From positions 44,064-108,063 of the forward strand of contig JAZDKB010000020.1 in NCBI GenBank assembly GCA_043803405.1: a stretch of DNA of 64,000 nt, written 5' to 3'. The notes under the pieces are model-generated. The model was not told the origin of the DNA. It made no database searches and saw only the letters and a list, made by a program, of their open reading frames with translations. Shown piece by piece: positions 52,260 through 62,702 of the stretch. A program made the translations under genes and the position numbers. The number at the start of each line of letters is the position of its first letter. Within the stretch, counting starts at the first letter, position 1. This DNA is from Spirochaetota bacterium (GTDB lineage Bacteria; Spirochaetota; UBA4802; JAFGDQ01).

Positions 52260-52976
52260 TTAGCTGGAAGGCTTGTTTATCAGCGGGATAACTTTTTCTT
52301 TTAATATGCGTCCGTTGATATTCCTATAATATACTGCAGGTTTTACCAGCGCTGATAATTTTCCATCTGCTTCCACACAGACAACTCCGCCGGTAGGTAT
52401 CCCGTAGCCTTTGCTGTTTTCCCCCATAAGCATAAGCGCTGTCTTTAACTCCTCCCATCCGTCTGCTTCCGCGTGGGCGTCGCACAGAACAGGCGCTATA
52501 CCCATGCACCTGAAAAGCTCCGCGCTCGAATCATCCATGGGATTTCTCCACCGCACCCAGTGCGTCCCCAGCATTATACTGCCTGCCGAAAGCCCGAAAA
52601 ACAAGACACCGTTAGCGTGTAAGTTCCTTAAAAACGGCGTGAGCCTGTGCTTATCCAGCCAGTACATACCTTCATCTACATCGCCTCCTGATACAAACAC
52701 AGCATCTGCTTTTTTCAAGATAGATTTAGCCGATTTAATATCTGCATCGTCATCTGCCAGAAAAATCTGCGTTACTTTAGATGCGCCCGCTCTAGTTAAA
52801 TAATCTCCTGTGAATTCAAAGAACGATGGATCATCGCAATTTGCAGTGCCGATATATGCGACATGCGGCTTTTCCTTTCCTGTTGCCTGCAATATTTTCT
52901 TAAAAAGAGGCAGCAGCGAGCCAGGCCTTCGCCAGTTGCCTCCTGCTATGAGATAAACAGGTTTTATTTTTTTCAA
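52260..52976 (-). CDS. Peptidase S51 (peptidase E/cyanophycinase-like)
   Basis: YIGTA, VSGGD, GLSAG nucleophile elbow, DAH. Confidence 0.82.
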   Translation of the reverse strand: MKKIKPVYLIAGGNWRRPGSLLPLFKKILQATGKEKPHVAYIGTANCDDPSFFEFTGDYLTRAGASKVTQIFLADDDADIKSAKSILKKADAVFVSGGDVDEGMYWLDKHRLTPFLRNLHANGVLFFGLSAGSIMLGTHWVRWRNPMDDSSAELFRCMGIAPVLCDAHAEADGWEELKTALMLMGENSKGYGIPTGGVVCVEADGKLSALVKPAVYYRNINGRILKEKVIPLINKPSS

Positions 52977-54265
52977 TTAAAAAGCTCCTTTGGATCAAAT
53001 TCAAAATGAGCCTGAGTGCGGCGGTATTTCCCCGAAGCTGCGGGCGCTATATCTTTGCAAAAGTCAATGTTCAGTTCCGCATCACTGCCGTACAGTAAGC
53101 GCATTTGCTTCTTAATGTTGTCAGTTAAGCCGGCCGGGTTGCCGCCAGTCATTATTTTCAGAGAATATTCATTCCGTGAGAATTGATCCAGGTGGTAATC
53201 GCGTATGCCGTCTGTTTTTAAGAGCGCATCGTCGAGTTGTTTTGTAGTAACAAGATTTCCTGCTGTAGCAAAAGTCGCATTTGCCGTGCGGCCTTCTATT
53301 GATTCAAGTATGTATCCTTCATTTCGGCCGCATGGACATGAATGATCGCTTAAGCTTACAATGTCGCCCACGTCGAACTTTATCAGCGAAGTCCATTTGT
53401 TGTTGAATATGGTCACTAATATACGGCCTTTATCCGGGCCGCCGTGCATGTTTTTCAATGGCTGAAAATCTACCCTGCAGAAATCCGTATTCTGATGATA
53501 TGTGCCGTGCTCGCACTGCATAAACACATATCCTGTTTCAGTTGTGCCATAAGAACTTGCCGAGGGAACAGGAAATGCTTTCCGGATATCTTTCCTGTGT
53601 ATTTGCGAAGGAAATTCATAAGTAAATAATATGATTTGTGGCAAATACATGCTGACGCTGTTATCGATCGCCCACCACGACAGCCGTGCCAGCAACGAAG
53701 GATTTGCTTCCAGAATGGCAGGCCTGAACTCAGTCAGCTCTCGCGCCATGCGCGCATATATATCATTGTCCCATTCGAGAGCGCTTGCTTTTTCGTTAAG
53801 AAACAGAATGCGCCCGTTTAGTATGCGATCCTGCATTGGGAGTATACCTGATGAGCAAAACCCGACGTTCAGAGAGCTGGCTAGCTGCGCTTCGCGCGCG
53901 TTATGATTCAGATGCGCGGTGTGAGCATTGAGAGTCCACGACGCAGCTTCCGAATCGTTCCACCATGGCTGGTTCCATATATTTGTTATTTTTTCCGATG
54001 TTGTGCCGCTTGTATCGACAAAAGAAATTTCTCCTTTCGCGATCCCGTCTCCTATGCTTCGGCCTTCAGGTACAAGCCCGTCAGGGAAATGATTGCGGAT
54101 GTCGTTTTTCGTGAGGACAGGCAGAGCGGCATAGCGTTCGTCAAGCGAAAGATCACGGCGATCCAGTTCCAGCCATGAACGATATACTGAAGCCGTTTCA
54201 AGGCCTGTCGCCAGTACCTTATGCGAATTTATAATATATTTATCAGAAAAATACAGTTTCTGCAC
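52973..54265 (-). CDS. Phenylacetate-CoA ligase (PaaK)-like adenylate-forming enzyme
   Basis: LPVLTK, TSGTT, YGTTE, GDIV, CPCGR...IEGR, SGKYR. Confidence 0.82.
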   Translation of the reverse strand: MQKLYFSDKYIINSHKVLATGLETASVYRSWLELDRRDLSLDERYAALPVLTKNDIRNHFPDGLVPEGRSIGDGIAKGEISFVDTSGTTSEKITNIWNQPWWNDSEAASWTLNAHTAHLNHNAREAQLASSLNVGFCSSGILPMQDRILNGRILFLNEKASALEWDNDIYARMARELTEFRPAILEANPSLLARLSWWAIDNSVSMYLPQIILFTYEFPSQIHRKDIRKAFPVPSASSYGTTETGYVFMQCEHGTYHQNTDFCRVDFQPLKNMHGGPDKGRILVTIFNNKWTSLIKFDVGDIVSLSDHSCPCGRNEGYILESIEGRTANATFATAGNLVTTKQLDDALLKTDGIRDYHLDQFSRNEYSLKIMTGGNPAGLTDNIKKQMRLLYGSDAELNIDFCKDIAPAASGKYRRTQAHFEFDPKELFN

Positions 54266-54350
54266 AAAGAGCCTGCGTTAACAAACAATATGTCCGAAGG
54301 AAGAAAACGCGGAGAACATGAAGATATGCATTTTCTACCTCTAAATAATT

Positions 54351-54869
54351 TTATGACGGCACATAAGTCGGAGCATTTTTTGACGACTTGCCTTTTAATA
54401 CTTTATGATAATAGTGATATGTAAGGGGCGTTCCTTCTGCGAGCACTTCGCAGGCAACAATCTTACCGACAAAAATAGTATGCGTCTCAACATCAAGGTG
54501 CTCAGAAACTTCAACTTCTAAATACGACAAAATGTTTTCAAGCAGCACGGGACAGCCTGTAATTCCCTTCTTATATTTTGCATTGGCAAATTTATCGAAA
54601 TCCCGCCCGGTTCTGAATCCGAAAGGACCGAAAAAAGTCATGGGAGCTGTTTCGGCAATCACCATTGCAGTAAAAACTTTGCTTGCAGATATAAATTCAT
54701 GGGTCAGATTTTTCCTGTTGATGATTACAGCTAACCTTGCAGGGTCAGAAGTAACCTGGATAACAGTGTTTACAAGCTGACCATTGATCCGGTCTTTATC
54801 TTTTGACGAGATAATATAAAGTCCGGAACTTAAAGTCTGAAGGGAACGGCTGTCGAATGTAGCACTCAT
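54351..54869 (-). CDS. Flavin reductase family protein
   Basis: GLYIISS, QVTSDP, FGFRTGRD.DKF, THTIFVG; start behind GGAGG. Confidence 0.88.
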   Translation of the reverse strand: MSATFDSRSLQTLSSGLYIISSKDKDRINGQLVNTVIQVTSDPARLAVIINRKNLTHEFISASKVFTAMVIAETAPMTFFGPFGFRTGRDFDKFANAKYKKGITGCPVLLENILSYLEVEVSEHLDVETHTIFVGKIVACEVLAEGTPLTYHYYHKVLKGKSSKNAPTYVPS

Positions 54870-55099
54870 GAGAAATTCCTCCATATTATTCATTGCATTA
54901 TTAGTTATGTGTGCAGAAGACTCACTGCTGTTTTACGCGGAACAATTAATTCTCCATACAGGGATTACAGAATGTCAAATAATATTTTACAGGTTTTAGG
55001 ACGCTTTTAATAACTTTAATTTGTGCTAAATATTAATTTGGAAAGCTTCGGAAAATTTATTCTATTTAAATAATAATGATTTCCGGATCAATGAAATTT

Positions 55100-56494
55100 T
55101 TAATTACGCCAAATCCGGAAAAAACGTTTTAAAATAATTGAAACGGCATAAGCCGCAAACGGAGAAATCCATATTACCGCAGCTATTGAGCCGCTCTCAA
55201 TCCATTTCCCAGACCTGGTATATTCAATTAAAACATTATATGAAAGAAATACTGCCCAGCTGAGTACAAAGCCCGCAGGCCCGGCAGCAAACGGAAGCAG
55301 CGCAGCGAGATAAAGCGCATACCACGGATGCAGCGTAGGACTTAAAAGAAGAAATGCCAGAGTGATTTGATAGAAGGCCCCCATGGAAGATTGAAGAGTA
55401 AACATTCTGCCGTCACTTTTATTTCTTTGCTTTATCCATAAAAAAACTATAATGCTGATTATACAAATTAAAAATAAAATCATCAGAATGATACGTGCAA
55501 TATCTCCGGATGAAAACATATCGCGTAATGTGCGGAATGCAAAATTGGAGAATTCCCAGTTTTGCAGATAAATGCCAAGTGTCCCGGTTATATTCTGCAA
55601 TTCCGGAATGTATGGGATGCACAATAGTATCGAGCAAATTAAAAAACCCAGAAATATAGTAAACGGGCTGGCTGCAACAAGTAATAATACAGGTAAATAT
55701 ATTATGACAATAAATTTCGTGAGAACAGCTGCTGCGAATAATGCGCCTGCAAATAACGGGATTGTCTTTTGTTTTATTGCTAAAAACAATCCGGAGAAGC
55801 ATTCCGGGCTTTGCCTCTCTTTCACAAAAAGCAGGTAAAGAGCAAACAAAAAAAACAAAATTCCGACACCATCAATGTGACCCGACCACGCAATTTCAAT
55901 TACAGGAAGCGGATGCCATGCATAAAGCGCCGCTCTCCACGCTGGCAGTTCCATACCCCGCAGTATCATTAATATAATGCCGCACATTATCATATCGAAG
56001 ATTATCAGCAGGATTTTTATTCCTGTTATACCGGGTGATGCCGCAGCGCCTGCAGCAAAAACAACCTGCGCAGTCGGAGGATAAATCGTAACCAGTTCGG
56101 GATTGTTGATCTTCTTTAAAAGAAGCGCGCTGTGGTCATCGGCTGGTTTTATGGAAGCAGGAGACGCGCTGTACGGATTTAGCCCGTTTAATGACCTGCT
56201 GCCGTCCCATAAGTAACGGTAAATATCATCTGAGAGCTGTGCAGGCTGAAAAAGAAAAAGCAGCCTGAACAAAAAAGCAAAAAGTAGTATTGTCCATGAT
56301 GATACATGAATATCTTTTTTTTTAAATATATAAAACATAAAAGACAGCGGGATTATAACAAGACCAGCAGTAATGGCCAGTAAATTAACTGATATGCGTA
56401 TGTTCTGCTGCAAAGATAAAAATATATAAGCAGATGAAATAATAAAGAGTATGCTCCAAAGAATAAGACGGTTTTTATTATTTATTATTTTCAT
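55100..56494 (-). CDS. GT-C type (GT87-like) membrane glycosyltransferase
   Basis: LSDDIYRYLWDG...NPY, TIYPP, AWHPL..E...GH.D, HPWY. Confidence 0.8.
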   Translation of the reverse strand: MKIINNKNRLILWSILFIISSAYIFLSLQQNIRISVNLLAITAGLVIIPLSFMFYIFKKKDIHVSSWTILLFAFLFRLLFLFQPAQLSDDIYRYLWDGSRSLNGLNPYSASPASIKPADDHSALLLKKINNPELVTIYPPTAQVVFAAGAAASPGITGIKILLIIFDMIMCGIILMILRGMELPAWRAALYAWHPLPVIEIAWSGHIDGVGILFFLFALYLLFVKERQSPECFSGLFLAIKQKTIPLFAGALFAAAVLTKFIVIIYLPVLLLVAASPFTIFLGFLICSILLCIPYIPELQNITGTLGIYLQNWEFSNFAFRTLRDMFSSGDIARIILMILFLICIISIIVFLWIKQRNKSDGRMFTLQSSMGAFYQITLAFLLLSPTLHPWYALYLAALLPFAAGPAGFVLSWAVFLSYNVLIEYTRSGKWIESGSIAAVIWISPFAAYAVSIILKRFFRIWRN

Positions 56495-57884
56495 AATTGA
56501 CCGGTATATTGGATAGAAAACATTTTTTCTTTATTAAGTTCCATGTATGTTTTACCCATTTACGAATTCCGGACTGTGATCTGTATAAAGCGCAAAGTTC
56601 TTCAGGTTTAGATCCTAGAGCAAAATTAAAGATCGCCAGTTGATTTATGATCCATGTGCGGAGTATGCCCATCTGCGAATAACGTCTTGCGGATGTTGTT
56701 ACTTTTTGCGGAAGCGTAACAATCCGGCCGTATTTTTTTATGGCTCTTACGAATACTATATCCTCCATTATTGGAATATCCGGGAAGCAGCCTGCTGAAT
56801 GAAAATCGGACGCCCACATAAAAAGGCCTTGATCTCCATAAGGCAGTTTAAGAAAACGTGAACGCAGGTTTGCCCCGAACGCAACTGCCTTAAGCCCGGC
56901 GCGGCCGGAGTCGAATTCCAGGCTGAAGGCGCCCGCAACAACTGCCGGATCGGCAAGGGCATTGCGGATTGCGGCGTCGAATCCTGAAGGCACAAACGTA
57001 TCAGCATGCAAAAAAAGCAGAATACCTGCGGACGTCATTGACGCACCTTTATTCATCTGCAATGCGCGGCCTGCACCGGATAATACAACAACAGCTCCCT
57101 GCCCTGCGGCCAACCCGGCAGTATTATCTGTGCTGCCTCCGTCAACTACAATGCAGTCTATGTTCGTTCCGTCCTTTAACCTGCCCAGCGTTGCCACTAT
57201 TGAAGCTTCTTCGTTACAGGCCGGAATGATGGCGGCAATTCGGGGCTTTGCTTCATGAACAACTTCTTTCCACAAGCATATATCTTCCGGACGGTCTATG
57301 TCCGGCAGCATTTTTAAAAGCGTATAGTTTATCCCTGCCTTTTCTGCCCGTTCAAGCGTTTCTTTTAGAACGGAATCTGTGCCCCAGGGCAGCGGCTCGA
57401 AAAGAACTTCCGCTGGTTTAACCAGCCCTATAAGATAATAGCCGCCGTCTTCGGCCGGGCCTAATACGCAGTCATGCGAATTAAGCTGTTCAAATGCCTC
57501 GCTGATAATCGCATCAGTAATGAACGGGCAATCCGATCCTGTAAGAGCAACGCGCAGTGCGCCATTCGCAAACGCGGACTGAAAAGCCTGCGACATCCGC
57601 TCCCCGAGGCCGTTCCCGGTCTGCGGCCGCATACTAAGATCGTTCCCGTACAGAGCCCGCATTACAGCCTCATCCCCGCCGTCGTAATGCAGTTCGACTT
57701 TCACTTTATCCGGATGCGACACTGCTACAGCAAGTATGTGGCGCGTCATTTCGCGCTGCAAACGCGCTGCCCCAAACCTGCCCAGCGAAGGTATTAGGCG
57801 TGTCTTGACTTTGCCCGGCTCCGGGTAACGGGTAAAGATTATCAGCGTGTTTAGAGCGGTAATTTTTTTATTATATTTCAGCAT
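56478..57884 (-). CDS. Fused TIGR04282 (DUF2064) and TIGR04283 (GT2) transferases
   Basis: FTRYPEPGKVKTRL, LGERM, GSDCP, LGPAEDGGYYL, DID; then VVDGGS.D, GRALQMN.GA, FLHAD, YGDQG, MED, TSARR. Confidence 0.9.
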   Translation of the reverse strand: MLKYNKKITALNTLIIFTRYPEPGKVKTRLIPSLGRFGAARLQREMTRHILAVAVSHPDKVKVELHYDGGDEAVMRALYGNDLSMRPQTGNGLGERMSQAFQSAFANGALRVALTGSDCPFITDAIISEAFEQLNSHDCVLGPAEDGGYYLIGLVKPAEVLFEPLPWGTDSVLKETLERAEKAGINYTLLKMLPDIDRPEDICLWKEVVHEAKPRIAAIIPACNEEASIVATLGRLKDGTNIDCIVVDGGSTDNTAGLAAGQGAVVVLSGAGRALQMNKGASMTSAGILLFLHADTFVPSGFDAAIRNALADPAVVAGAFSLEFDSGRAGLKAVAFGANLRSRFLKLPYGDQGLFMWASDFHSAGCFPDIPIMEDIVFVRAIKKYGRIVTLPQKVTTSARRYSQMGILRTWIINQLAIFNFALGSKPEELCALYRSQSGIRKWVKHTWNLIKKKCFLSNIPVNYENNK

Positions 57885-57945
57885 AAATAATAGATTGTTT
57901 TTATTTAACTCTTTCCGGCATATCCCTATATTTTTAAGCTACTAG

Positions 57946-59433
57946 TCAAATGCCGGATGTTTTTGAAAAATAATTTTCAAATATTTCTTTCACATCCTTA
58001 CACATAACAAAAAAAAATCCCATAGGAAATACCAGCAGGAACGGGATTGCAATCCATGTTTCTCTTTGCAAAGCAAAATAAACCGGCAGCAGAGTATAGC
58101 AAAAAAGAATTAAATTCATAATGACATACGGCATTGAACGCTGGCTGTAAAGGAAAGCCATGCGCGGCAGTTTTTCTTTGCCGTTTATCCCGAACTTCGG
58201 GGTCCTGTCGAATATTCCTCCATTCCTGAAAATGCCTTTTATTACGGACAGGGCGATCCCTGGCGCGAGCCCGATCGTAAAAACAGGCATCATAAGCAAA
58301 GTTGATAACGGAATTTTTTTATTTTGCCCGCGTCTGTACAAAACAAAATAAAGAAAAATTGCCATTGACGACAATATAAATATAGGCGCATCTATGCGAA
58401 AAATCTGATACGGCCCTATGTTTGTCCTTGAAAGAATTGTCGGATAAAGAGTAAGCGTAACTATCACTCCCAGGAGCCAGCATACGTTCGCCAGCAGATG
58501 GGCAAGGGCTTCCAGTTTGACAGCAGGCGGAAAATTTCGCTTTAACAGCAACGGCAGAATTTTTTTTGCAGTCTGCACAGACCCCTTAGCCCAGCGCTGC
58601 TGCTGGCAGCGGAATGCCGAAAGCCTTACAGGCAGCTCCGATGGAACTTCGAGTTCGTCCACATAGCGGAACTTCCAGCCCGCCATCTGCGCGCGGTAGC
58701 TTAAATCCAGATCCTCTGTGACTGTATCGGCCTGCCATCCGCCGGCAGATTCAATCGCTGTTCGCCTCCACACGCCTGCTGTACCGTTAAAGTTGAAAAA
58801 CAGACCGCGCCTGTGCCTTACCCAGTGCTCGATCCTGAAATGCGGACCCAGGAGCAGCGCCTGTACCGACGTAAGCCATGAATGCTCAGTGTTCAGGAAT
58901 CCCCATCTTGCCTGGACCATGCCGGTTTTTTTATCTGCAAAAAAAGAGATCGTCCGAAACAGAAAATCCCGCGGCGGGACAAAATCCGCATCAAAGATCG
59001 CGATGAATTCGCCGGAGCATGTTTTCATTCCGTTATCCAGCGCGCCTGCCTTGTATCCTTCGCGGTTAGTTCTTCTTACCACGCTAATTACAACGCCATT
59101 CACTGCCCAGTATGCCACTCTTTTTTCCACTATGCCGGGTGTATCATCCGTGGAATCATCCAGAACCTGAATCTCCAGCCTTTTTCCAGGCCAGTCCAGA
59201 TTTGCAGCAGCATCTATTAAACGCTCAGCCACAAATCTTTCATTGTAAAGCGGGAGCTGAACTGTAACAAAAGGACAGTCATTCTCTTTAAAATAAAAAT
59301 CGGGTGGTAATTCCGGCGCGTATTTTTTTTTCTCCGAAAACCAGTGATATAAAATCCATATCCTGTGAAGCCCGTACAGGACAAGGCCTGACAATGCAAT
59401 AAAATGAATAATTACCCAGAAGTTCAAAGACAT
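57946..59433 (-). CDS. Cellulose-synthase-like GT2
   Basis: VQLPLYNE, LDDSTD, YKAGAL, FDADF, TEDLD, QQRW; start moved to MSLNFW. Confidence 0.9.
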   Translation of the reverse strand: MSLNFWVIIHFIALSGLVLYGLHRIWILYHWFSEKKKYAPELPPDFYFKENDCPFVTVQLPLYNERFVAERLIDAAANLDWPGKRLEIQVLDDSTDDTPGIVEKRVAYWAVNGVVISVVRRTNREGYKAGALDNGMKTCSGEFIAIFDADFVPPRDFLFRTISFFADKKTGMVQARWGFLNTEHSWLTSVQALLLGPHFRIEHWVRHRRGLFFNFNGTAGVWRRTAIESAGGWQADTVTEDLDLSYRAQMAGWKFRYVDELEVPSELPVRLSAFRCQQQRWAKGSVQTAKKILPLLLKRNFPPAVKLEALAHLLANVCWLLGVIVTLTLYPTILSRTNIGPYQIFRIDAPIFILSSMAIFLYFVLYRRGQNKKIPLSTLLMMPVFTIGLAPGIALSVIKGIFRNGGIFDRTPKFGINGKEKLPRMAFLYSQRSMPYVIMNLILFCYTLLPVYFALQRETWIAIPFLLVFPMGFFFVMCKDVKEIFENYFSKTSGI

Positions 59434-59518
59434 TATTGATACCTTGATCCAAGATTTTATTTCAGCAGACAGTTTGATTATGATCTGACCGGATACGTTC
59501 TTACTGCAAGGTTGCCAT

Positions 59519-59656
59519 GTCCTTACGCCGTAGGGACAGGCGCCCTGCCCGTAAGGACGGGTCACCCAGCCGTAGGGACATAGTCCCCCACCCGTAGGGA
59601 CTGATGCCATACCCGTAGGGATAGGTCACCTGGCCGTAAGGCAGAGCTGCCTTACG
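59519..59656. repeat. Tandem array of six ~21-bp REP-like units
   Basis: CCGTA[G/A]GG at 59528, 59549, 59570, 59592, 59613, 59634. Confidence 0.75.
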
Positions 59657-59723
59657 CTAAATATCTGTTATTATTATCTGCTTTCGATAACCATGCTTGC
59701 ATTCCATCGCCATTGCCCTTTCA

Positions 59724-59876
59724 GCCCCCTAACCCCCTGAAGGGGGCATAAAAATTTTTTATTGAATAAATTCTCATTTTCACAATGGATTAGCACATAA
59801 TCCATATTTAATATCAAAAGATATTGTTTCCCCTCCCAAGCCGGTGCCCCCTTTGGGGGATAGGGGGCCGGGAGCA
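59724..59876. repeat. MITE/REP-doublet-like element, copy 1
   Basis: Terminal inverted arms CCCCCTAACCCCC..AAGGGGGCA / TGCCCCCTTTGGGGGATAGGGGG; near-identical to 63838-63980. Confidence 0.85.
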
Positions 59877-59958
59877 TTTCCGATTTACAACTAAAAAAAA
59901 TTAAGTGTGAGGCAACCCTGGCCGTAAGGCAGGGGAATTATTATTCGCGGCAATCCAC

Positions 59959-60447
59959 TTAAAGCTCCCATGCTTCAAAAAGATAAAATTCCGGACGCCA
60001 TGCTGTTAATTTCGCGCTATCAGCTGTTACGGTTATATCATCGCTTAATACAAGCCATATCTTTTTTGTCCAGTTGTTCCATCTCCCCTTTAGATGAATT
60101 GCTCCTGCTGCATCACTTTTCCCGCCCGCCAGTAAATCTCCGTAAGGCGCATTGCCCGCATAGCGGACAAGAGCATATCCTGTATTTGTTAAAAGCTTCC
60201 GGGCATTAAATGTGAAAACTCCGGTCTGTTCATTAAAAACAAGCGTACCATACGCTCCATCCGGAACAGCTTTCCATGTTGAAGAGTTTTTCGCATAAAG
60301 CTTAAGTACCCCGGCCGCCTGAAAGCCTGATTCAAAGGCCGCTTTTTTATCTGCCCGGCATTCTTTGTGTTCCGCATGTGCCGCAATCGCAGACATGAAT
60401 ACGAATAACAGGCAAACTATTTTTCCAGGAATTAAGTATTCTGTCAT
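59959..60447 (-). CDS. Hypothetical exported protein
   Basis: Signal peptide (AAHA); start overlaps the stop of the upstream GT2. Confidence 0.65.
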   Translation of the reverse strand: MTEYLIPGKIVCLLFVFMSAIAAHAEHKECRADKKAAFESGFQAAGVLKLYAKNSSTWKAVPDGAYGTLVFNEQTGVFTFNARKLLTNTGYALVRYAGNAPYGDLLAGGKSDAAGAIHLKGRWNNWTKKIWLVLSDDITVTADSAKLTAWRPEFYLFEAWEL

Positions 60448-61235
60448 CTGGCCTTTTGTGTAACTCCCTGAACATTTTTCTGCTTCATGAGATCATTGCC
60501 GTTACGGATTTCAGTATGCATCTTCAAGTCATTGCATACTGTTCTGTTCCCGGCCAGTAATTCTTTTGCTATAACCCAGAGTATTCTCATTCCGGCGAAG
60601 ACAACTCCTTTAAGCGTACGGCTAACTTTTGACGCGCCGCCTTTTCGGGTTCTGTACGGAAGCCGGAACTCAATTACGCGCATTTTTAACTTTGCTGCTT
60701 TGATCTGCATCTCAACAGTCCATCCGAACGCTCTTTCACTCATGTTAATCTGCTTTAAAGCCTGCCAGGTAAGTGCGCGCATAGGACCAAGATCTTTGTA
60801 TCTGTATCCCCAGAAAAGACGGATGAGAGTTACAGACAGCATGTTCCCGAAACGCTGCTGCGGAGTCAATGCCTGTTCCGTTTCAGGCATCCTCTGCGCA
60901 AGCGTCATGTCGGCTTCAGCATCCATAAGCGGTTTAAGCAACACAGGCAGGTTCTCCACACCGTCGCTGCCGTCTCCGTCAGCGAACGCGACAATATCAG
61001 GCGGATCATTATCGAGCGCTGCAATAGCAGCCATGCAGGCGTTGCCGTACCCCGGACGCGGTTCATAAACAACACGCGCTCCGAGAGACAAAGCAATTTC
61101 GCCTGTTCCGTCCGTAGAACCGTTGTCTGCTACGATTACATGCGTCACAATGCCAGGCACATTCGCCAGCACATCCGGCAAAGACAGAGCCTCGTTATAT
61201 GCCGGTATTATCAGGACTATTTTGCTTTTATTCAT
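60444..61235 (-). CDS. GT2 glycosyltransferase (polyprenol-phosphate type)
   Basis: IIPAYNE, ADNGSTD, GYGNAC, DGDGSD, DLGPMRA, GWTVEMQ. Confidence 0.88.
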   Translation of the reverse strand: MNKSKIVLIIPAYNEALSLPDVLANVPGIVTHVIVADNGSTDGTGEIALSLGARVVYEPRPGYGNACMAAIAALDNDPPDIVAFADGDGSDGVENLPVLLKPLMDAEADMTLAQRMPETEQALTPQQRFGNMLSVTLIRLFWGYRYKDLGPMRALTWQALKQINMSERAFGWTVEMQIKAAKLKMRVIEFRLPYRTRKGGASKVSRTLKGVVFAGMRILWVIAKELLAGNRTVCNDLKMHTEIRNGNDLMKQKNVQGVTQKAR

Positions 61236-61369
61236 AAACTGAACAATATGGTTTCTTTACTATCTTTAAAAAAATTTCAATTAGGTATTACATGAAATTA
61301 GAATAATTCATGCGCAAGTCATATCAATATTAGGTTTAATATTCGCTAAGTTGAAACACTTAAAGTCAG

Positions 61370-61963
61370 TTATTTATGTAAAATTATATTTTTAAACCAA
61401 TGTATAAAATCTTTCAGATAATTTCTCCTGGGGATAGTTTTCCCGCCGCCCTGAGGCAGATATTCATAAAGCTGTGTTCTTAGTATGTTGTCCGTCAATC
61501 TCGCAGCATCATACACATAGAGTTCGCAAAGTTTTTTATGCTGCGAAGAATTCCGCTTTGTGAGCTTCTTCGTCAGCACGCGGCAGCATATCGCTTTATG
61601 TATAGCGCGAAAATCGTCATGAAGCTGTTTAACAGCATGAAAGACGATTTTCTCCGTTTGATCGGTTTTCGTCCGGCCTGCTGCAAGCCCCAGGACAGCC
61701 ACAGCGCCTGTAATTGACCCGCACGCGCAACCGCTCTCTCCCATTCCGTCACCGAAACCGGTCGCCAGTTTATAAGCGCTTTCGGGAAGACCAAGTCCGT
61801 ATACTTCATTAAAGGCTTTTAATACTGCTTCACTGCAAAAGAATCCGCCTTTATAATATTCCAGCGACAATTTAACAGCAGTCGGAATTTCTTTTTCAAA
61901 AGATGCATCTGATTTTATGTTAGTTTTATCGTTCTTCTTTATATCTTTATTTTTATGAAACAT
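61370..61963 (-). CDS. C-GCAxxG-C-C family putative redox protein
   Basis: CSEAV, GFGDGMG.SGCACGSITG, ICC, final C. Confidence 0.85.
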   Translation of the reverse strand: MFHKNKDIKKNDKTNIKSDASFEKEIPTAVKLSLEYYKGGFFCSEAVLKAFNEVYGLGLPESAYKLATGFGDGMGESGCACGSITGAVAVLGLAAGRTKTDQTEKIVFHAVKQLHDDFRAIHKAICCRVLTKKLTKRNSSQHKKLCELYVYDAARLTDNILRTQLYEYLPQGGGKTIPRRNYLKDFIHWFKNIILHK

Positions 61964-61985
61964 AATAAACCTCAGTTTATTTTTT

Positions 61986-62702
61986 TTATTCTTCTTCTGT
62001 GGCTTCCAAAATTTGTTCTTTTTTAATTTTTATACGTTCGGTAAATATAGAGCGCAGTAAAATTGTCAGAGCAACGAACGCAAACACGATCAGCAATCCG
62101 AAAACAAATGTTTTTGCGCCGCCTGCAAGCATATCACCTGCGTATGAATAAATAACAGTTGCAGGCAATTGCCCAAGGCCAGTAGCAATAATGAAGTGCC
62201 GGAAACGCATCGAAGTCAATCCTGCTCCATAGCTTATAATATCAAAAGGAACGAAAGGCAGAAGCCGCGCGATAAGGATCGCATGAGTGCCGAACTTCTC
62301 GAAAAATTTATCAACGGATTTCAGCGAGGTTTTACCTGTCAGTTTTGCCACAGTACTGCGGCCGTAAAGCTTCGCTATGCCAAAACATAAAGCAGCGCCC
62401 GCCATTGCGCTCGACCACGAGAGGAGAGCGCCCCATCCCCAGCCGAATACTGCTGCGTTCGAAAATGTAATAAGAAATGCAGGTAAAGGGGCAATGACCG
62501 ATTGAAATACCATCAGCATAAACGATACAGCTACAGCTAATGGTCCGAAAGAGCGGATGTATTCTTTTATTGGTTCAATGTCAACCGAACTAAAAAGTTT
62601 TATTATCTGAAAGATATATTCTCTTGTTGCCGGTATTATCATAATTATAACAATAAACACAGGAATACATATCATTAAACCGCGTTTTAATATTTTGTTC
62701 AT
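61986..62702 (-). CDS. TVP38/TMEM64 (DedA/YdjX-Z) membrane protein
   Basis: QSVIAPLPAF, ARLLPFVPFD..SY.AG, ATGLGQLP. Confidence 0.9.
   Translation of the reverse strand: MNKILKRGLMICIPVFIVIIMIIPATREYIFQIIKLFSSVDIEPIKEYIRSFGPLAVAVSFMLMVFQSVIAPLPAFLITFSNAAVFGWGWGALLSWSSAMAGAALCFGIAKLYGRSTVAKLTGKTSLKSVDKFFEKFGTHAILIARLLPFVPFDIISYGAGLTSMRFRHFIIATGLGQLPATVIYSYAGDMLAGGAKTFVFGLLIVFAFVALTILLRSIFTERIKIKKEQILEATEEE

Noticed and set aside
59434..59610. N-terminal extension of the GT2 ORF (CPYG repeats)
   Set aside because: It is largely read-through of the repeat array; the GT2-like sequence begins at MSLNFW
59519..59656. CRISPR array
   Set aside because: Core (~9 nt) and spacers (~12 nt) are far too short and no cas genes are present
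59674..59877. 67-aa ORF and its 64-aa twin at 63796-63990
   Set aside because: Both are translations of the palindromic repeat element
61370..61963. Selenoprotein form of C-GCAxxG-C-C
   Set aside because: The ORF is open with Cys at the motif positions and needs no UGA read-through
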